In this document: positions 17,729 through 27,490 of the stretch, piece after piece
How the letters are laid out: every line of letters begins with the position of its first letter
Position numbering within the stretch: the first letter of the stretch is position 1
Assembly (NCBI GenBank): GCA_040830445.1
Contig: JBFOLZ010000051.1
Location: 5,933-69,932 of the forward strand
Source: Puniceicoccaceae bacterium
Lineage (GTDB): Bacteria; Verrucomicrobiota; Verrucomicrobiia; Opitutales; Oceanipulchritudinaceae
Reading direction: 5' to 3'
Length of the DNA: 64,000 nucleotides
Notes under the pieces: model-generated
Databases searched by the model: none
Told to the model about the DNA's origin: nothing
The model's input: the letters and a program-made list of their open reading frames with translations, nothing else
Translations under genes and position numbers: made by a program

Positions 17729-17809
17729 GGCTTTATGGGGATAGGCGGTTCGTTGGATACAGAATGATCCCTGTATCCCCCCGGGGCAATACAAATTGAC
17801 TGGGCGATG

Positions 17810-19174
17810 CTACTCGTTGCCAAAGCTTGGCAAGCCGGCCAAGGCCATGGCGATCTCCTCCTCGGGATAGTCATAGTCCCGCAGCTTGCCGGCATTGTAA
17901 TCCGTGTAAGCCTGCATGTCAAAATGGCCATGCCCACAGAGGTTGAAGAGGATTGTCTCCGACTTCCCTTCCTCACGGCAGCGTTCCGCCTCGCGAATCG
18001 CCCCTACGACAGCGTGGGTCGCCTCGGGTGCGGGAATGATGCCTTCCGTCCGCGCAAACTGGGTCCCCGCGGCAAAGCATTCCAACTGGTTGTAGGAACG
18101 GGCCTCGCTGTAGCCCTTGGCCACTACGTGACTGACCAGCGGGGCCATGCCATGGTAGCGCAAGCCACCGCTGTGGAATCCCGGCGGGACAAAGGTACTC
18201 CCGAGGGTATGCATCTTGACCAGCGGGGTCAGGTGGGCCGTGTCACCAAAGTCGTAAGCGTGCTGGCCCTTGGTCAGGCTGGGGCAGGCCGAGGGCTCGA
18301 CCGCCACGATGCGGACGTCCCCCTCCCCTCGCAACTTGCGGCCAAGGAAGGGAAAGGCGATCCCGGCAAAATTCGAGCCGCCCCCCGTGCAGCCGACAAT
18401 GACATCCGGGTAGTCGCCGGCCATTTCCAGCTGCTTGATGGCTTCCTGCCCGATGACTGTCTGGTGCAAAAGGACGTGATTGAGCACACTGCCGAGGCAA
18501 TAGTTGGTATCGTCGTTCTGGGCCGCCACCTCGACAGCCTCGGAGATGGCGATCCCAAGGGAACCGGTACAGTCCGGATCGTCTTCCAGGATAGCGCGCC
18601 CCGATGCGGTTGTTGTACTGGGACTGGCAATACACTTTGCCCCGAAGGTCTCCATGAAGGCTCGCCGGTAGGGCTTCTGGTTGAAACTGACCTTGACCAT
18701 ATAGACCAGGCACTCCAGGCCAAACATCTCACAGGCGAGGGCCAGGGAGGATCCCCACTGGCCGGCACCGGTCTCCGTAGTAATTTTCTTGATACCGGCT
18801 TCCTTATTGTAGAAGGCCTGTGCCACCGACGTATTCGGCTTGTGCGAACCGCTGGGACTCACCCCTTCGTACTTGTAGTAAATCTTGGCCGGTGTATCGA
18901 GGGCTTTCTCGAGATTGCGGGCGCGGTAAAGCGGCGTGCAGCGCCATTGCAGGAGGATCTGCCGAACCGGTTCGGGGATCTCGATCCAGCGCTCGGTACT
19001 GACCTCCTGCTCGATCAGGGCCGGCGGGAAAAGCGGGGCCAGGTCGTCCGGGGTGATTGGCTCACCGGTTCCCGGGTGTAAAACCGGCGGAAGGGCGTCA
19101 GGGAGGTCCGCACACAGGTTGTACCATGTCGCGGGGAGTTGATCATCATTGAGCTGGTATTTGATGGTATTCAT
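17810..19174 (-). CDS. trpB2: Tryptophan synthase beta chain-like, TrpB2 type
   Basis: [17 protein letters not shown] (PLP lysine), [33 protein letters not shown] and H.GGLRYHG; no trpA adjacent. Confidence 0.92.
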   Translation of the reverse strand: MNTIKYQLNDDQLPATWYNLCADLPDALPPVLHPGTGEPITPDDLAPLFPPALIEQEVSTERWIEIPEPVRQILLQWRCTPLYRARNLEKALDTPAKIYYKYEGVSPSGSHKPNTSVAQAFYNKEAGIKKITTETGAGQWGSSLALACEMFGLECLVYMVKVSFNQKPYRRAFMETFGAKCIASPSTTTASGRAILEDDPDCTGSLGIAISEAVEVAAQNDDTNYCLGSVLNHVLLHQTVIGQEAIKQLEMAGDYPDVIVGCTGGGSNFAGIAFPFLGRKLRGEGDVRIVAVEPSACPSLTKGQHAYDFGDTAHLTPLVKMHTLGSTFVPPGFHSGGLRYHGMAPLVSHVVAKGYSEARSYNQLECFAAGTQFARTEGIIPAPEATHAVVGAIREAERCREEGKSETILFNLCGHGHFDMQAYTDYNAGKLRDYDYPEEEIAMALAGLPSFGNE

Positions 19175-19283
19175 AATTTCGGGGGTTAGTTCAGGAACTG
19201 AAAAATCAGCTTGGATCGTTAATGTCAACGCCTTGCCGCTTCCGGCCTTGCCTCAGCACCCGGTTCATCCATTGATAAGGACC

Positions 19284-19592
19284 ATGCAGACCCGCGAAAC
19301 AAGGGACCTGGCCTGGACCGGCGACGCCGTGCTGGCTCTCTATGCGCGCGAATGGCTGTTACAGCAACCGCCCCACCCGCTCTTCAGTCGGCAGGAAATG
19401 TTCGTCCGCCTGACCTCCAATGCCTTTCTCCAGGCCCTCGGCGAACCGACCAAGGTGGAAGCCGCTATCGGCCTTGTCTACAAGGAGAAGGGCCTGCAGG
19501 CGGCCTTTGATCACATTGAGACAACCATTCAGCCGATGTTTGAAAAGCATCTCGCCAAGGCCGGAAGGGCCCAGCGGGGACGCAAGCGCTGA
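19284..19592 (+). CDS. Minimal RNase III-domain protein (Mini-III-like, ~102 aa)
   Basis: Signature LAWTGDAVLALYAR (compare LAY.GDA..E.Y.R) and second acidic motif VEAAIGLVY; no dsRBD. Confidence 0.65.
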   Translation: MQTRETRDLAWTGDAVLALYAREWLLQQPPHPLFSRQEMFVRLTSNAFLQALGEPTKVEAAIGLVYKEKGLQAAFDHIETTIQPMFEKHLAKAGRAQRGRKR

Positions 19593-19653
19593 TGGTTCAC
19601 CCACTCATTGGCTCAATAAGATCCGCACGGCCCACCCATCGGTTACAGGCAAT

Positions 19654-19762
19654 TCCGCCATGGGCGGATTATGATTGAAGCCCGGGGTTGGGACGATGAG
19701 CCTGGCGAATCGGACCTACCCCGGGTTTTGGGGTAGACAGTAATTCCCAAGCCCAAGGGGCG
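19654..19762 (+). repeat. Composite REP-like element, family A, copy 3
   Basis: TCCGCCATGGGCGGA - AAGCCCGGGG (19678) - ACCCCGGGT (19718) - AGCCCAAGGGGCG, between convergent genes. Confidence 0.7.
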
Positions 19763-19791
19763 CTGGAATTCGAGGAATGCCAGTCCCGGCC

Positions 19792-21195
19792 CTACCGCGG
19801 CTCCAGCACGTGATAGCTGAGCCGGTGATTGCGCCAAACTTCCAGGAGGACTTTTTCCGGCTCTTCGGCATAGGCCTCATAAAAGGCCTTCAGGGCATCA
19901 AGCGAATCCACCTTCTCCCGGTTGACTGAAAGGACGATATCTCCGGGCCCAATTCCTGACTTCTCTGCTGGAAAGGCCTGTTGGACGCCCGTGACCAGCA
20001 CCCCTTCGTCGTTCTTCAGCTGAAGCTCGCGGGCATAGGCGCGGCTCACATCCTCGACGCTGATACCCCATTTTTCAAAGGCCCAGCGTTCCCCGACCCG
20101 GCTTTCCAGCTTTTCTGTAACGACTTCCAGCTCCTTGCGGTTGCCGTTGCGCTGAACCACCAAGTTGATCGTTGTCCCGAGGGGAAATTCCGAAATGGTG
20201 TGCAGCACCGGCGGCATCTGTTCCGGAAAGCGAACATCGAGAACCTCGCCATTCATCTCCAGGATGACATCCCCCGCCCGCAGGCCGGTTTCGTCGGACG
20301 GGGAGCCGGGATCCACGCTCTCGATTAACATCCCGACATTGGCATCCAACCCGTAGAAGGACTCCAGGTCCTGAAGCGGTGCCGGTTTCAGCCCCGTGTA
20401 GGAGCGCGTCACCCGGCCGCTCTCCTTAAGCCACGGAATGACCTCCAGGGCAATCTTGGTCGGTACCGCGAAAGAAAGATTATTTGAACCCAGATAGCTG
20501 CGGGTATTGATGCCGACAACCCGTCCGTCATCATCCACCAGCGGTCCCCCACTGTTACCGGGATTGATGGCCGCATCGGTCTGCAACCAGGTATTGAAAT
20601 ACCCCGTCTCGTAGCCCCGTATCTGGTTGGAGGCGGCAAAATAGCGGTTCTGGTTGGAAATAATGCCCCGCGTCACGGTCCGGGTGAGCCCATTCGGGGT
20701 CCCCACGGCATAGACGGTTTGCCCCGGATAGAGGGAGTCGGAGTCTCCGAATTCGCTATGCGAAAAGCTCAAGCCGCGCTCGCGGACGGTTTCCATGTCC
20801 AGCCGGACCAGCGCCAGGTCGGTCCAGTGGTCCCAGCCGACCAGCTCGGCCTCGACCCGCTCAAGGTTCGGCAGGGTGACCATGATTTCCTCCACGTTGG
20901 AACCAATGACATGGGCGTTGGTCAGGATGTACCCATCCTCATCCAGAATGACCCCGCTGCCGACACCGCGGACGGTCTGCTTCATGCCCATACTGTAGCT
21001 GGCTTCCCGCACGTCGAGGCGAACCACGGAATCGAGCAGGTTCTGGAAACCGGCTGCCTCGCCGGGATCCTTTACCGAAACGGTCTCACAACCGGCGAGG
21101 GCGACCAGGCCGGTCGCGAGGACCAATGCCAGTTTCAAGTGCTGTGGCGTTGACCTCTGGCAGTTAGTTGACCAATCTCCGCTGTTTTTACTCAT
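19792..21195 (-). CDS. HtrA/DegP-family S1C serine protease with PDZ domains (lipoprotein)
   Basis: Lipobox LAGC, GSGVI...[30 protein letters not shown] and two PDZ-like regions. Confidence 0.92.
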   Translation of the reverse strand: MSKNSGDWSTNCQRSTPQHLKLALVLATGLVALAGCETVSVKDPGEAAGFQNLLDSVVRLDVREASYSMGMKQTVRGVGSGVILDEDGYILTNAHVIGSNVEEIMVTLPNLERVEAELVGWDHWTDLALVRLDMETVRERGLSFSHSEFGDSDSLYPGQTVYAVGTPNGLTRTVTRGIISNQNRYFAASNQIRGYETGYFNTWLQTDAAINPGNSGGPLVDDDGRVVGINTRSYLGSNNLSFAVPTKIALEVIPWLKESGRVTRSYTGLKPAPLQDLESFYGLDANVGMLIESVDPGSPSDETGLRAGDVILEMNGEVLDVRFPEQMPPVLHTISEFPLGTTINLVVQRNGNRKELEVVTEKLESRVGERWAFEKWGISVEDVSRAYARELQLKNDEGVLVTGVQQAFPAEKSGIGPGDIVLSVNREKVDSLDALKAFYEAYAEEPEKVLLEVWRNHRLSYHVLEPR

Positions 21196-21214
21196 GATTT
21201 CAGGGGGTAATTCA

Positions 21215-23785
21215 ATGGATAAAGATAAAGTATACCCATTCACGGAAATTGAAAACCGATGGCAACAGTTTTGGGAGAAGGAGGCCACATTCTCCGCCCC
21301 GACCCAATCCGACAAGCCAAAGTACTACCTGCTGGACATGTTCCCCTACCCCAGCGGGGCGGGCCTGCATGCCGGTCATGTGGAGAATTTTGTCGGGAGT
21401 GATGTCCTCGGGCGCTACAAGCTGGCCCGCGGTTACAACGTCCTCCACCCGATGGGCTGGGATGCCTTTGGCCTGCCCGCTGAGCAGTATGCCGTGAAGA
21501 CGGGAACCCACCCCGCCGAGACTACCAGGACCAACATTGAGAACTTCCGTCGGCAGCTCAATTCCATCGGGCTTGCCATCGACTGGTCCCGGGAAGTCAA
21601 CACCACCGATCCAAACTACTTCCGCTGGACCCAGTGGATCTTCCAGAAGCTTTTCCAGCACAACCTGGCCTATGTCGATGAACGCCCGGTCAACTGGTGC
21701 CCCGCCCTCGGGACGGTACTGGCCAATGAGGAGGTCATCGACGGCAAATCCGAAGTTGGCGACCACCCGGTTGAACGCCGCAACCTGCGCCAGTGGGTGC
21801 TGCGGATCACCGCCTATGCGGATCGTTTGCTCGATGGCCTGGAGGACCTCGATTGGCCGGACTCCACCAAGGCCATGCAACGCAACTGGATTGGCCGCAG
21901 CACCGGGGGCAACGTCACCTTCGATCTGGAGGAAGGCGATTCCATCACCGTTTATACCACCCGCCCGGACACCCTCTTCGGAGCCACCTACATGGTCCTT
22001 GCTCCCGAGCATCCGCTGGTTACCAAGCTGACCAAGCAGGACCAGGAAGAGGCGGTTCAGGATTACATCAAGGCAGCAGCAGCCAAGAGCGACCTCATGC
22101 GCACCGAGCTGGCCAAGGAAAAGACGGGGGTCTTCACCGGCAGTTATGCCATCAATCCGGTCAACAGTGAGCGTATCCCCGTGTGGATTGCCGACTACGT
22201 CCTCATGAGCTACGGGACCGGCGCCATCATGGCTGTCCCGGCCCACGACGAGCGCGACCATGAGTTCGCCACCACATTTGACCTGCCTATTATCGAGGTC
22301 ATACAGCCGCCTGAAGGAACAGATGTACCGGAAGGCACCGCCTTCACCGGCGTTGGCACCATGATCAACAGCGGTGAATTCACCGGGCTGGGAAGCATCG
22401 AGGGGAAGGAGAAGATCATCGCCCAGCTGGCCGGGTCCGGCAAGGGCGAGGCTGCCGTCAATTACAAGCTCCGCGACTGGCTCTTTTCCCGTCAGCGCTA
22501 CTGGGGCGAGCCCTTCCCCATTGTCTGGGTGGATGCCGCCACCTGGGAGTCGGTCAAGGATCGCGAGACCGCCGTGACCCGCCTCCTGCCGGAGGAACCG
22601 GTCACCTACTCGGAGAACGGCGAACCATACTTCGCCCTGCCCCTGCCCGACAGCGCCCTCCCGCTGGAGTTGCCGCAGACCGACAACTACCAGCCATCCG
22701 GAACCGGGGAAAGTCCCCTCGCCAACAACACCGACTGGGTCAATATCTGGTTCAACCTGGAGACCGGCGAAGGCCGGCCGCAAAGCGGGGACAAGCCGGA
22801 AGGCGATGAATGGGTATCCGCCCGGCGAGAGACCAACACCATGCCGCAGTGGGCGGGCAGTTGCTGGTACTACCTGCGTTATCTCGACCCGTCCAACGCG
22901 GAAGCCATCCTTTCGGAGGAAGCCTGCGACTACTGGGGCGTCCCGGATTTCTACATGGGCGGGGCCGAACATGCTGTCCTGCACCTGCTCTATGCCCGCT
23001 TCTGGCACCTCTTCCTCCTCGACCTCGGGGTCGTCAAGGAACCGGAGCCGTTCAAGAAGCTGTTCCACCAGGGCATCATCCTCGGGGAGGACGGCGAAAA
23101 GATGTCCAAGAGCCGCGGCAACGTCGCCAATCCGGATGACTACATCGAGAGCCATGGCGCGGACAGCCTGCGGGCCTACCTCATGTTCATGGGTCCCCTG
23201 GAGGACAAGAAGCCGTGGAATGCCCAGGGCATCGAGGGTGTCCACCGCTTCCTGCGCAAGGTCTGGCGCGAATTCATAGGCTCGCCGGAAAAGATCTCCG
23301 CTGAAGCCAAGGACTCGCCGGCCTTCCTGCGCGTCCTTCACGAGACGATCAAGAAGGTCACCAACGACTACGAGAATATCCGCTACAACACCGCCCTTTC
23401 CCAGATGATGATTTTCATGAACCAGCTCGGCAAGGAGGAGCAGGTCAGTGTTGAGGCGGCCCGCGACTTTATCCGCCTGCTGGCGCCGCTGGCGCCGCAC
23501 CTCGCCGAGGAGGCATGGAGCAAACTGGGGGGAAGCGGCTCGGTCGCCAGGGCCGGGTGGCCGGAATACGATGAATCCCTCCTCAAGACGGAAGAGGTCT
23601 CGATCGGTCTGCTGGTCAACGGCAAGGCGCGTGGGGAAACGATGATCCACAAGACGGCCACCCAGGAAGCCGCCATGGAAGCCGCCATGGCCAATGCCAA
23701 GGTGGCGGCCCACATCGAGGGCAAGCAGATCGTCAAAGTGATTTACGTTCCGGGAAAAATCCTCAACGTTGTCGTACGTGGCTGA
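21215..23785 (+). CDS. leuS: Leucine--tRNA ligase
   Basis: [59 protein letters not shown] and KMSKS. Confidence 0.97.
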   Translation: MDKDKVYPFTEIENRWQQFWEKEATFSAPTQSDKPKYYLLDMFPYPSGAGLHAGHVENFVGSDVLGRYKLARGYNVLHPMGWDAFGLPAEQYAVKTGTHPAETTRTNIENFRRQLNSIGLAIDWSREVNTTDPNYFRWTQWIFQKLFQHNLAYVDERPVNWCPALGTVLANEEVIDGKSEVGDHPVERRNLRQWVLRITAYADRLLDGLEDLDWPDSTKAMQRNWIGRSTGGNVTFDLEEGDSITVYTTRPDTLFGATYMVLAPEHPLVTKLTKQDQEEAVQDYIKAAAAKSDLMRTELAKEKTGVFTGSYAINPVNSERIPVWIADYVLMSYGTGAIMAVPAHDERDHEFATTFDLPIIEVIQPPEGTDVPEGTAFTGVGTMINSGEFTGLGSIEGKEKIIAQLAGSGKGEAAVNYKLRDWLFSRQRYWGEPFPIVWVDAATWESVKDRETAVTRLLPEEPVTYSENGEPYFALPLPDSALPLELPQTDNYQPSGTGESPLANNTDWVNIWFNLETGEGRPQSGDKPEGDEWVSARRETNTMPQWAGSCWYYLRYLDPSNAEAILSEEACDYWGVPDFYMGGAEHAVLHLLYARFWHLFLLDLGVVKEPEPFKKLFHQGIILGEDGEKMSKSRGNVANPDDYIESHGADSLRAYLMFMGPLEDKKPWNAQGIEGVHRFLRKVWREFIGSPEKISAEAKDSPAFLRVLHETIKKVTNDYENIRYNTALSQMMIFMNQLGKEEQVSVEAARDFIRLLAPLAPHLAEEAWSKLGGSGSVARAGWPEYDESLLKTEEVSIGLLVNGKARGETMIHKTATQEAAMEAAMANAKVAAHIEGKQIVKVIYVPGKILNVVVRG

Positions 23786-24629
23786 TTCCACCGGATCCCA
23801 ATTCCTGCCCGCCGACTTTGACCCGACCCGGCCGGTTGCCGTCATTGCCGGCCAGCGGGACTATCCCGTCCTGACGGTCGAGGCCATCCGGGCAGCAGGG
23901 GTACCGGTCCGCCTGGTCGCCCTCCAGGGGGAAACCCGGCCGGAGCTTATTGAATCGTTTCCGGAAACCGAACGGGAGCTCATAAAGGTCGGCCAGATTG
24001 GCAAGATGCTCAAGGCCCTCCGCAAACTGGAAGCCGGCTATGCCCTCTTCGTCGGGCAGGTCTCCCCGGGCAAGCTCTTCCGTGACCTCACCCCCGACGT
24101 CAAGGCGCTGACCCTGCTGGCCAGCCTCCGGGAGCGCAACGCCCATACCATCTTTGGGGCCATCACCGCCGAAATTGAAAAAATCGGGGTCCAGATGCTC
24201 GATGCCCGGGCCTTCCTCGATGCGTCCCTCAGCACCCGCGGGTTGATGACCCCCGGCAAGCTCCACGCCAAAAAGGACCCTATGGACTTTGGTATCCGCA
24301 TGGCCAGGGAGGTCGCGCGGCTGGATATTGGCCAAGGGGTGGTTGTCCGCAAGGGGACGGTCCTTGCCGTGGAGGCCTTTGAGGGGACAGATGACATGCT
24401 GGCACGGGCCAACAAGTACAAGACCGACCAGCTCATTTTCGTCAAATGTGCCAAGCCCGACCAGAATCCGCACTTTGACTGGCCGGTTTTCGGCGAACGA
24501 ACCCTTGAATCGATGCAGGCCAGTGGCATCACCACCGCCGCCCTTGAAGCCGACCGCGTCGTCATGCTCGGCAAGCAATCCCTCCTGCAACAGGCCGCCG
24601 CCGCCGGGATTGAGCTCTACGGGTGGTAG
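23778..24629 (+). CDS. lpxI: UDP-2,3-diacylglucosamine diphosphatase LpxI (DUF1009)
   Basis: VIAG...[23 protein letters not shown] and K..KP.Q...FD.PV.G. Confidence 0.88.
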   Translation: MADSTGSQFLPADFDPTRPVAVIAGQRDYPVLTVEAIRAAGVPVRLVALQGETRPELIESFPETERELIKVGQIGKMLKALRKLEAGYALFVGQVSPGKLFRDLTPDVKALTLLASLRERNAHTIFGAITAEIEKIGVQMLDARAFLDASLSTRGLMTPGKLHAKKDPMDFGIRMAREVARLDIGQGVVVRKGTVLAVEAFEGTDDMLARANKYKTDQLIFVKCAKPDQNPHFDWPVFGERTLESMQASGITTAALEADRVVMLGKQSLLQQAAAAGIELYGW

Positions 24630-24647
24630 GGGAACTCCAGGCAAGAT

Positions 24648-24773
24648 GCCTGTACTCCATTGGAAGCCCGCAAAGGACTACAGGCGTCTCGCCTGTAGCT
24701 GCCACTCCGCAAAGGACTACAGGCGTCTCGCCTGTAGGCGTCACGTACAGGCGGGAGGCCTGTACTCCATTGG
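24648..24773. repeat. REP-like cluster, family C (ACAGGCGTCTCGCCTGT palindromes)
   Basis: 31-bp direct repeat CCGCAAAGGACTACAGGCGTCTCGCCTGTAG at 24668 and 24707, flanked by a 16-bp direct repeat GCCTGTACTCCATTGG at 24648 and 24758. Confidence 0.85.
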
Positions 24774-24798
24774 GGGCCGGACCACCTGAAATTCTTGT

Positions 24799-24828
24799 TT
24801 GACGGGGCCCGATCCTGTGCTTCATTTT
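24799..24828 (+). promoter_or_regulatory. Candidate sigma-70 promoter of the putative 6S RNA
   Basis: TTGACG (24799-24804) - 18 nt - CATTTT (24823-24828), about 10 nt upstream of the predicted RNA 5' end. Confidence 0.35.
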
Positions 24829-24838
24829 AGATGGTTTA

Positions 24839-25024
24839 AAGCCCTCTGGGATGTGCGAGCGATTTTCACTGCGCTCTTCCCTGATAATTCATCAAAGGGA
24901 GTTCTGAAGTCCCGTGGCTGTCAGGCCGTAAACCGGAAGACAAAAGCGGGAATAGGGGCACCCACCTATTCTAATCAATAGGAAAAAGAGCACGAATTTC
25001 CGTTACGGCATCACCGGAGGGCTT
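24839..25024 (+). ncRNA. ssrS: Putative 6S RNA (SsrS)
   Basis: 186-nt rod. Closing stem AAGCCCTCTGG/CCGGAGGGCTT has a G-U pair that favours the + strand. Further stems GATG.GC/GCATC and GCGCTCTT/AAGAGCAC, a central A-rich bubble, then terminal stems TCCCG/CGGGA, TGTC/GACA and CCG-TAAA-CCGG. Confidence 0.65.
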
Positions 25025-25035
25025 AATTTTCCCCA

Positions 25036-25644
25036 TCAGATGGACCGGGAAACTTCCTCCTTGAGGGAATCCAGCCGGGAATTGACCCCGTCCGCGTAGG
25101 CATCCGGCAGGATGCTGCGGGAGACGAATTTCAGGGCGCCGGCGACATCGGCTGCGAGGCGCTTCTGTTCCGATTCCAGGGGCTTCATGATCAGCCCCTG
25201 TTCCAACGTCGACAGCCCTTCGCCAATACGCGTCAGCGTGCGCGGGGAAACTCCCGTTTCAGGAACTGTTTCCACGACTGCCAGTTCCGGAGATTCTGAC
25301 GGGATGTCAACTTGCTGCTCAGCATCCGGACGGGAAAGCATGACAAATCCGACCACGACCGCCATGGCAAAGGCGGAGGATGGCACCAGCAGGTCGATCC
25401 AGCGCCATCCGGGCCGGACCGTTTGACCGGATTCCACCACGGCGCGCTCGATGCGTTGTTCCAGGAAGGCTGGCTCCGGGAAATCCCTGGGGGTTTCGTT
25501 TTTGAGGCTTTCCGTCAGCTCCCGCTCAAGGGAAACCTGCTGCTCAAATTCACTGGACGGGATCAGTCGGCGAACCCATGCGGGTACGTTCCAACCGAAG
25601 ATCTCCGACGCGGCTATCCATTGTTTGGCAATCCACCTTTTCAT
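25036..25644 (-). CDS. Hypothetical single-TM protein, probable anti-sigma factor
   Basis: ATGA overlap with the upstream ECF sigma; central hydrophobic helix LLVPSSAFAMAVVVGFVML. Confidence 0.6.
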   Translation of the reverse strand: MKRWIAKQWIAASEIFGWNVPAWVRRLIPSSEFEQQVSLERELTESLKNETPRDFPEPAFLEQRIERAVVESGQTVRPGWRWIDLLVPSSAFAMAVVVGFVMLSRPDAEQQVDIPSESPELAVVETVPETGVSPRTLTRIGEGLSTLEQGLIMKPLESEQKRLAADVAGALKFVSRSILPDAYADGVNSRLDSLKEEVSRSI

Positions 25645-26216
25645 TGGGTTAATCCTCCGATGGCTTGGGTTGATTCAATCCGCTTCTTGAGAGCGGCCCG
25701 GGCGCGAAACAAGAGCACCTTGGCGTGGGTCAGGCTGACCCCCATGATGCCGGCGGTTTCTCGCAAATCGAAATTTTCCTTATAGTGTAACAGCAGGACC
25801 TGGTAATACTTCACTTTCAGACCCCGCGCCAGTTCCCAGAGGTTCTCCTTGTTGTCCGCCTCGACCGTTTGCTCCCGCGGACCCGGCTCCGGGTCGGTAA
25901 GGGTCTCATCCAAGTCAACGGTGGTCTGCTTACGCTGGCGGTAGAAGTCCGCCACGGAGCGCCGGGCGATGGTATAGATCCACGGGGCAAATTCCCTTTG
26001 CGGATCAAACTTGTGGAAACTCTTGAAGGCCCGGACGAAGGTCTGCTGGGTGATGTCCGCAGCATCCGCCTGGTTGGGACTTTGCTTGGCGATGAAGTGA
26101 TAGACCTGCTCGTAGTAAGCCTTGGTCAGCTCCGAGAAACCGGCCATGGCCACGTTGTTCTCGGATTCCTGATGGGTTGGCTGAACCATACTGATTGTCA
26201 TCTCAAGCGGGCGCAT
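25641..26216 (-). CDS. ECF RNA polymerase sigma factor
   Basis: Region 2 DAADITQQTFVRAFKS...FD...F.PWIYTIAR and region 4 VLLLHY.E....ETA.IMGVS....KV.LFRAR..LK. Start may be 26189. Confidence 0.92.
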   Translation of the reverse strand: MRPLEMTISMVQPTHQESENNVAMAGFSELTKAYYEQVYHFIAKQSPNQADAADITQQTFVRAFKSFHKFDPQREFAPWIYTIARRSVADFYRQRKQTTVDLDETLTDPEPGPREQTVEADNKENLWELARGLKVKYYQVLLLHYKENFDLRETAGIMGVSLTHAKVLLFRARAALKKRIESTQAIGGLTQ

Positions 26217-26255
26217 CTTTCATCCTTGGAAATTTCCCGGAAAAGACAATTCCCA

Positions 26256-27329
26256 TTAGCCGGCGGTTTCCGGTTCCGCAGTGGCCTCGGCCTCTGCTTC
26301 GGCCTCCGCGGCAGCGGCTTCTGCTTCAGCGGCGGCAGCTTCTGCCTCCGCGGCGGCCTTTTCGGCTTCCATTTCCGCCTTGGCCATCTGGGCCAGGGTC
26401 TTGGCCCAGACCACAGCGGCCTCGACCGGATAGGAGACATTCAGGGAAACTGTCCGTTCGTTGAGGCTGACCTTGGCGGACTGCACCAGGGTGGTGATTT
26501 CCGGATTCCCGGGATTGCTGAGGGCAAAGACAGCAATCAATCCCTTCAGGACCTCACTGACCTGAGCCGCTGTCTGCTCGTCGGCTGTCATCAGGGAGGT
26601 CAAGAGGTTCAGGTATTCCCCCTGCTCGCCCAATTGTAGTGAGACGGCTTCGGTGAGCTGCAGAATCCGGGCCTGGGCCGGCAAATCCTTGAATTCATTC
26701 AATCCCTCAACAAAGGCCCCGAAGAAGATGCCCGAAGCAGCATCGCCGGAATAGATGGCGAAGCGTTCCGAGAGATTAATATGGGTGCTTTGTCCATTGT
26801 AGGTGCTGAAGAAGTTCTGCAGGCTTGGAAGGGTCTTGCTCAGGGCAAGCCGGTTCTCATCGACGAAGGATCCGTAGATTTCCCCACCCTGGATGGAAAG
26901 GATGCCATTGCTGTCCCCTTCAACCGGTACAATGGCTTCCGGTTGCTCAATCTGCATGCCGGAGACAAGACCCTTGGCCACTTGAAGGAGGTCGCCCGTT
27001 CCCTCGAGGATCACAACCGCATCGGGCTGGAGATTTTCCTGGGAGAAGTCGGGCATCGTTCCAAAGACGGTGATTCCCGTGACCCCGTCGGCAATCAGGA
27101 TGGGATCGATTGGCATTTCATCCTTGTTGGGAATGGGAATGATGGCCGTGAATTCGTCATGGAAGGCGGCTCCGGTCTTCGAGGCCCGCAGCTTTTCCAT
27201 GTCCACATGGACAAACCAGTCAACCTCGGAAGGAATGGCTTCCTCCACGACAGGACCGGAGTGCACGGTCTGGGGGGCGGTCAAGGCCCCGAGTGAGAAG
27301 AGAATGGCGAATGAGAATGCGAATTTCAT
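26256..27329 (-). CDS. Secreted hypothetical protein with an Ala/Glu-rich low-complexity tail
   Basis: Signal peptide MKFAFSFAILFSLGAL; C-terminal EAEAAAA repeats. Confidence 0.7.
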   Translation of the reverse strand: MKFAFSFAILFSLGALTAPQTVHSGPVVEEAIPSEVDWFVHVDMEKLRASKTGAAFHDEFTAIIPIPNKDEMPIDPILIADGVTGITVFGTMPDFSQENLQPDAVVILEGTGDLLQVAKGLVSGMQIEQPEAIVPVEGDSNGILSIQGGEIYGSFVDENRLALSKTLPSLQNFFSTYNGQSTHINLSERFAIYSGDAASGIFFGAFVEGLNEFKDLPAQARILQLTEAVSLQLGEQGEYLNLLTSLMTADEQTAAQVSEVLKGLIAVFALSNPGNPEITTLVQSAKVSLNERTVSLNVSYPVEAAVVWAKTLAQMAKAEMEAEKAAAEAEAAAAEAEAAAAEAEAEAEATAEPETAG

Positions 27330-27392
27330 GGTGAATAAAATTGGATCTTTTTGATAGGCTGGGCATCTCCATGATGCCGGTTCATCCATGGA

Positions 27393-27419
27393 TTCGGGGA
27401 TATCCCTTCAGCGGTTACA
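27393..27419 (-). promoter_or_regulatory. Candidate ECF sigma-dependent promoter
   Basis: TGTAAC-N17-CGAA on the minus strand upstream of the hyp-ECF-anti-sigma operon, inside a GGTTAC-A7-GTAACC palindrome. Confidence 0.35.
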
Positions 27420-27435
27420 AAAAAAGTAACCTTCT

Positions 27436-27490
27436 GGAGTCGGCCCTTCAGGGCCGGTTGTGACGTTACCGACCCTAAAGGGCCGACTCC
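27436..27490. repeat. 55-bp palindromic REP-like element, family B, copy 1
   Basis: GGAGTCGGCCCTTCAGGGCCGGTTGTGACGTTACCGACCCTAAAGGGCCGACTCC; 50/55 identical to 55441-55495. Confidence 0.9.

Noticed and set aside
17810-19174. trpB without trpA as an anomaly
   Set aside because: Stand-alone TrpB2 proteins are a well-known family.
21212-23845. 877-aa minus-strand ORF
   Set aside because: Antisense shadow of leuS. The same applies to 35944-38082 (kinase), 50787-52793 (ftsH), 17807-19081 (trpB2) and 55005-56291; such shadows are expected from GC-rich codon bias.
24799-24981. 60-aa ORF in the lpxI to anti-sigma gap
   Set aside because: TTG start inside a promoter-like element, no RBS and no protein features; the region is better explained as a structured RNA.
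26256-26370. Ala/Glu codon repeats as a DNA repeat element
   Set aside because: They are a low-complexity protein tail (EAEAAAA), not an independent element.
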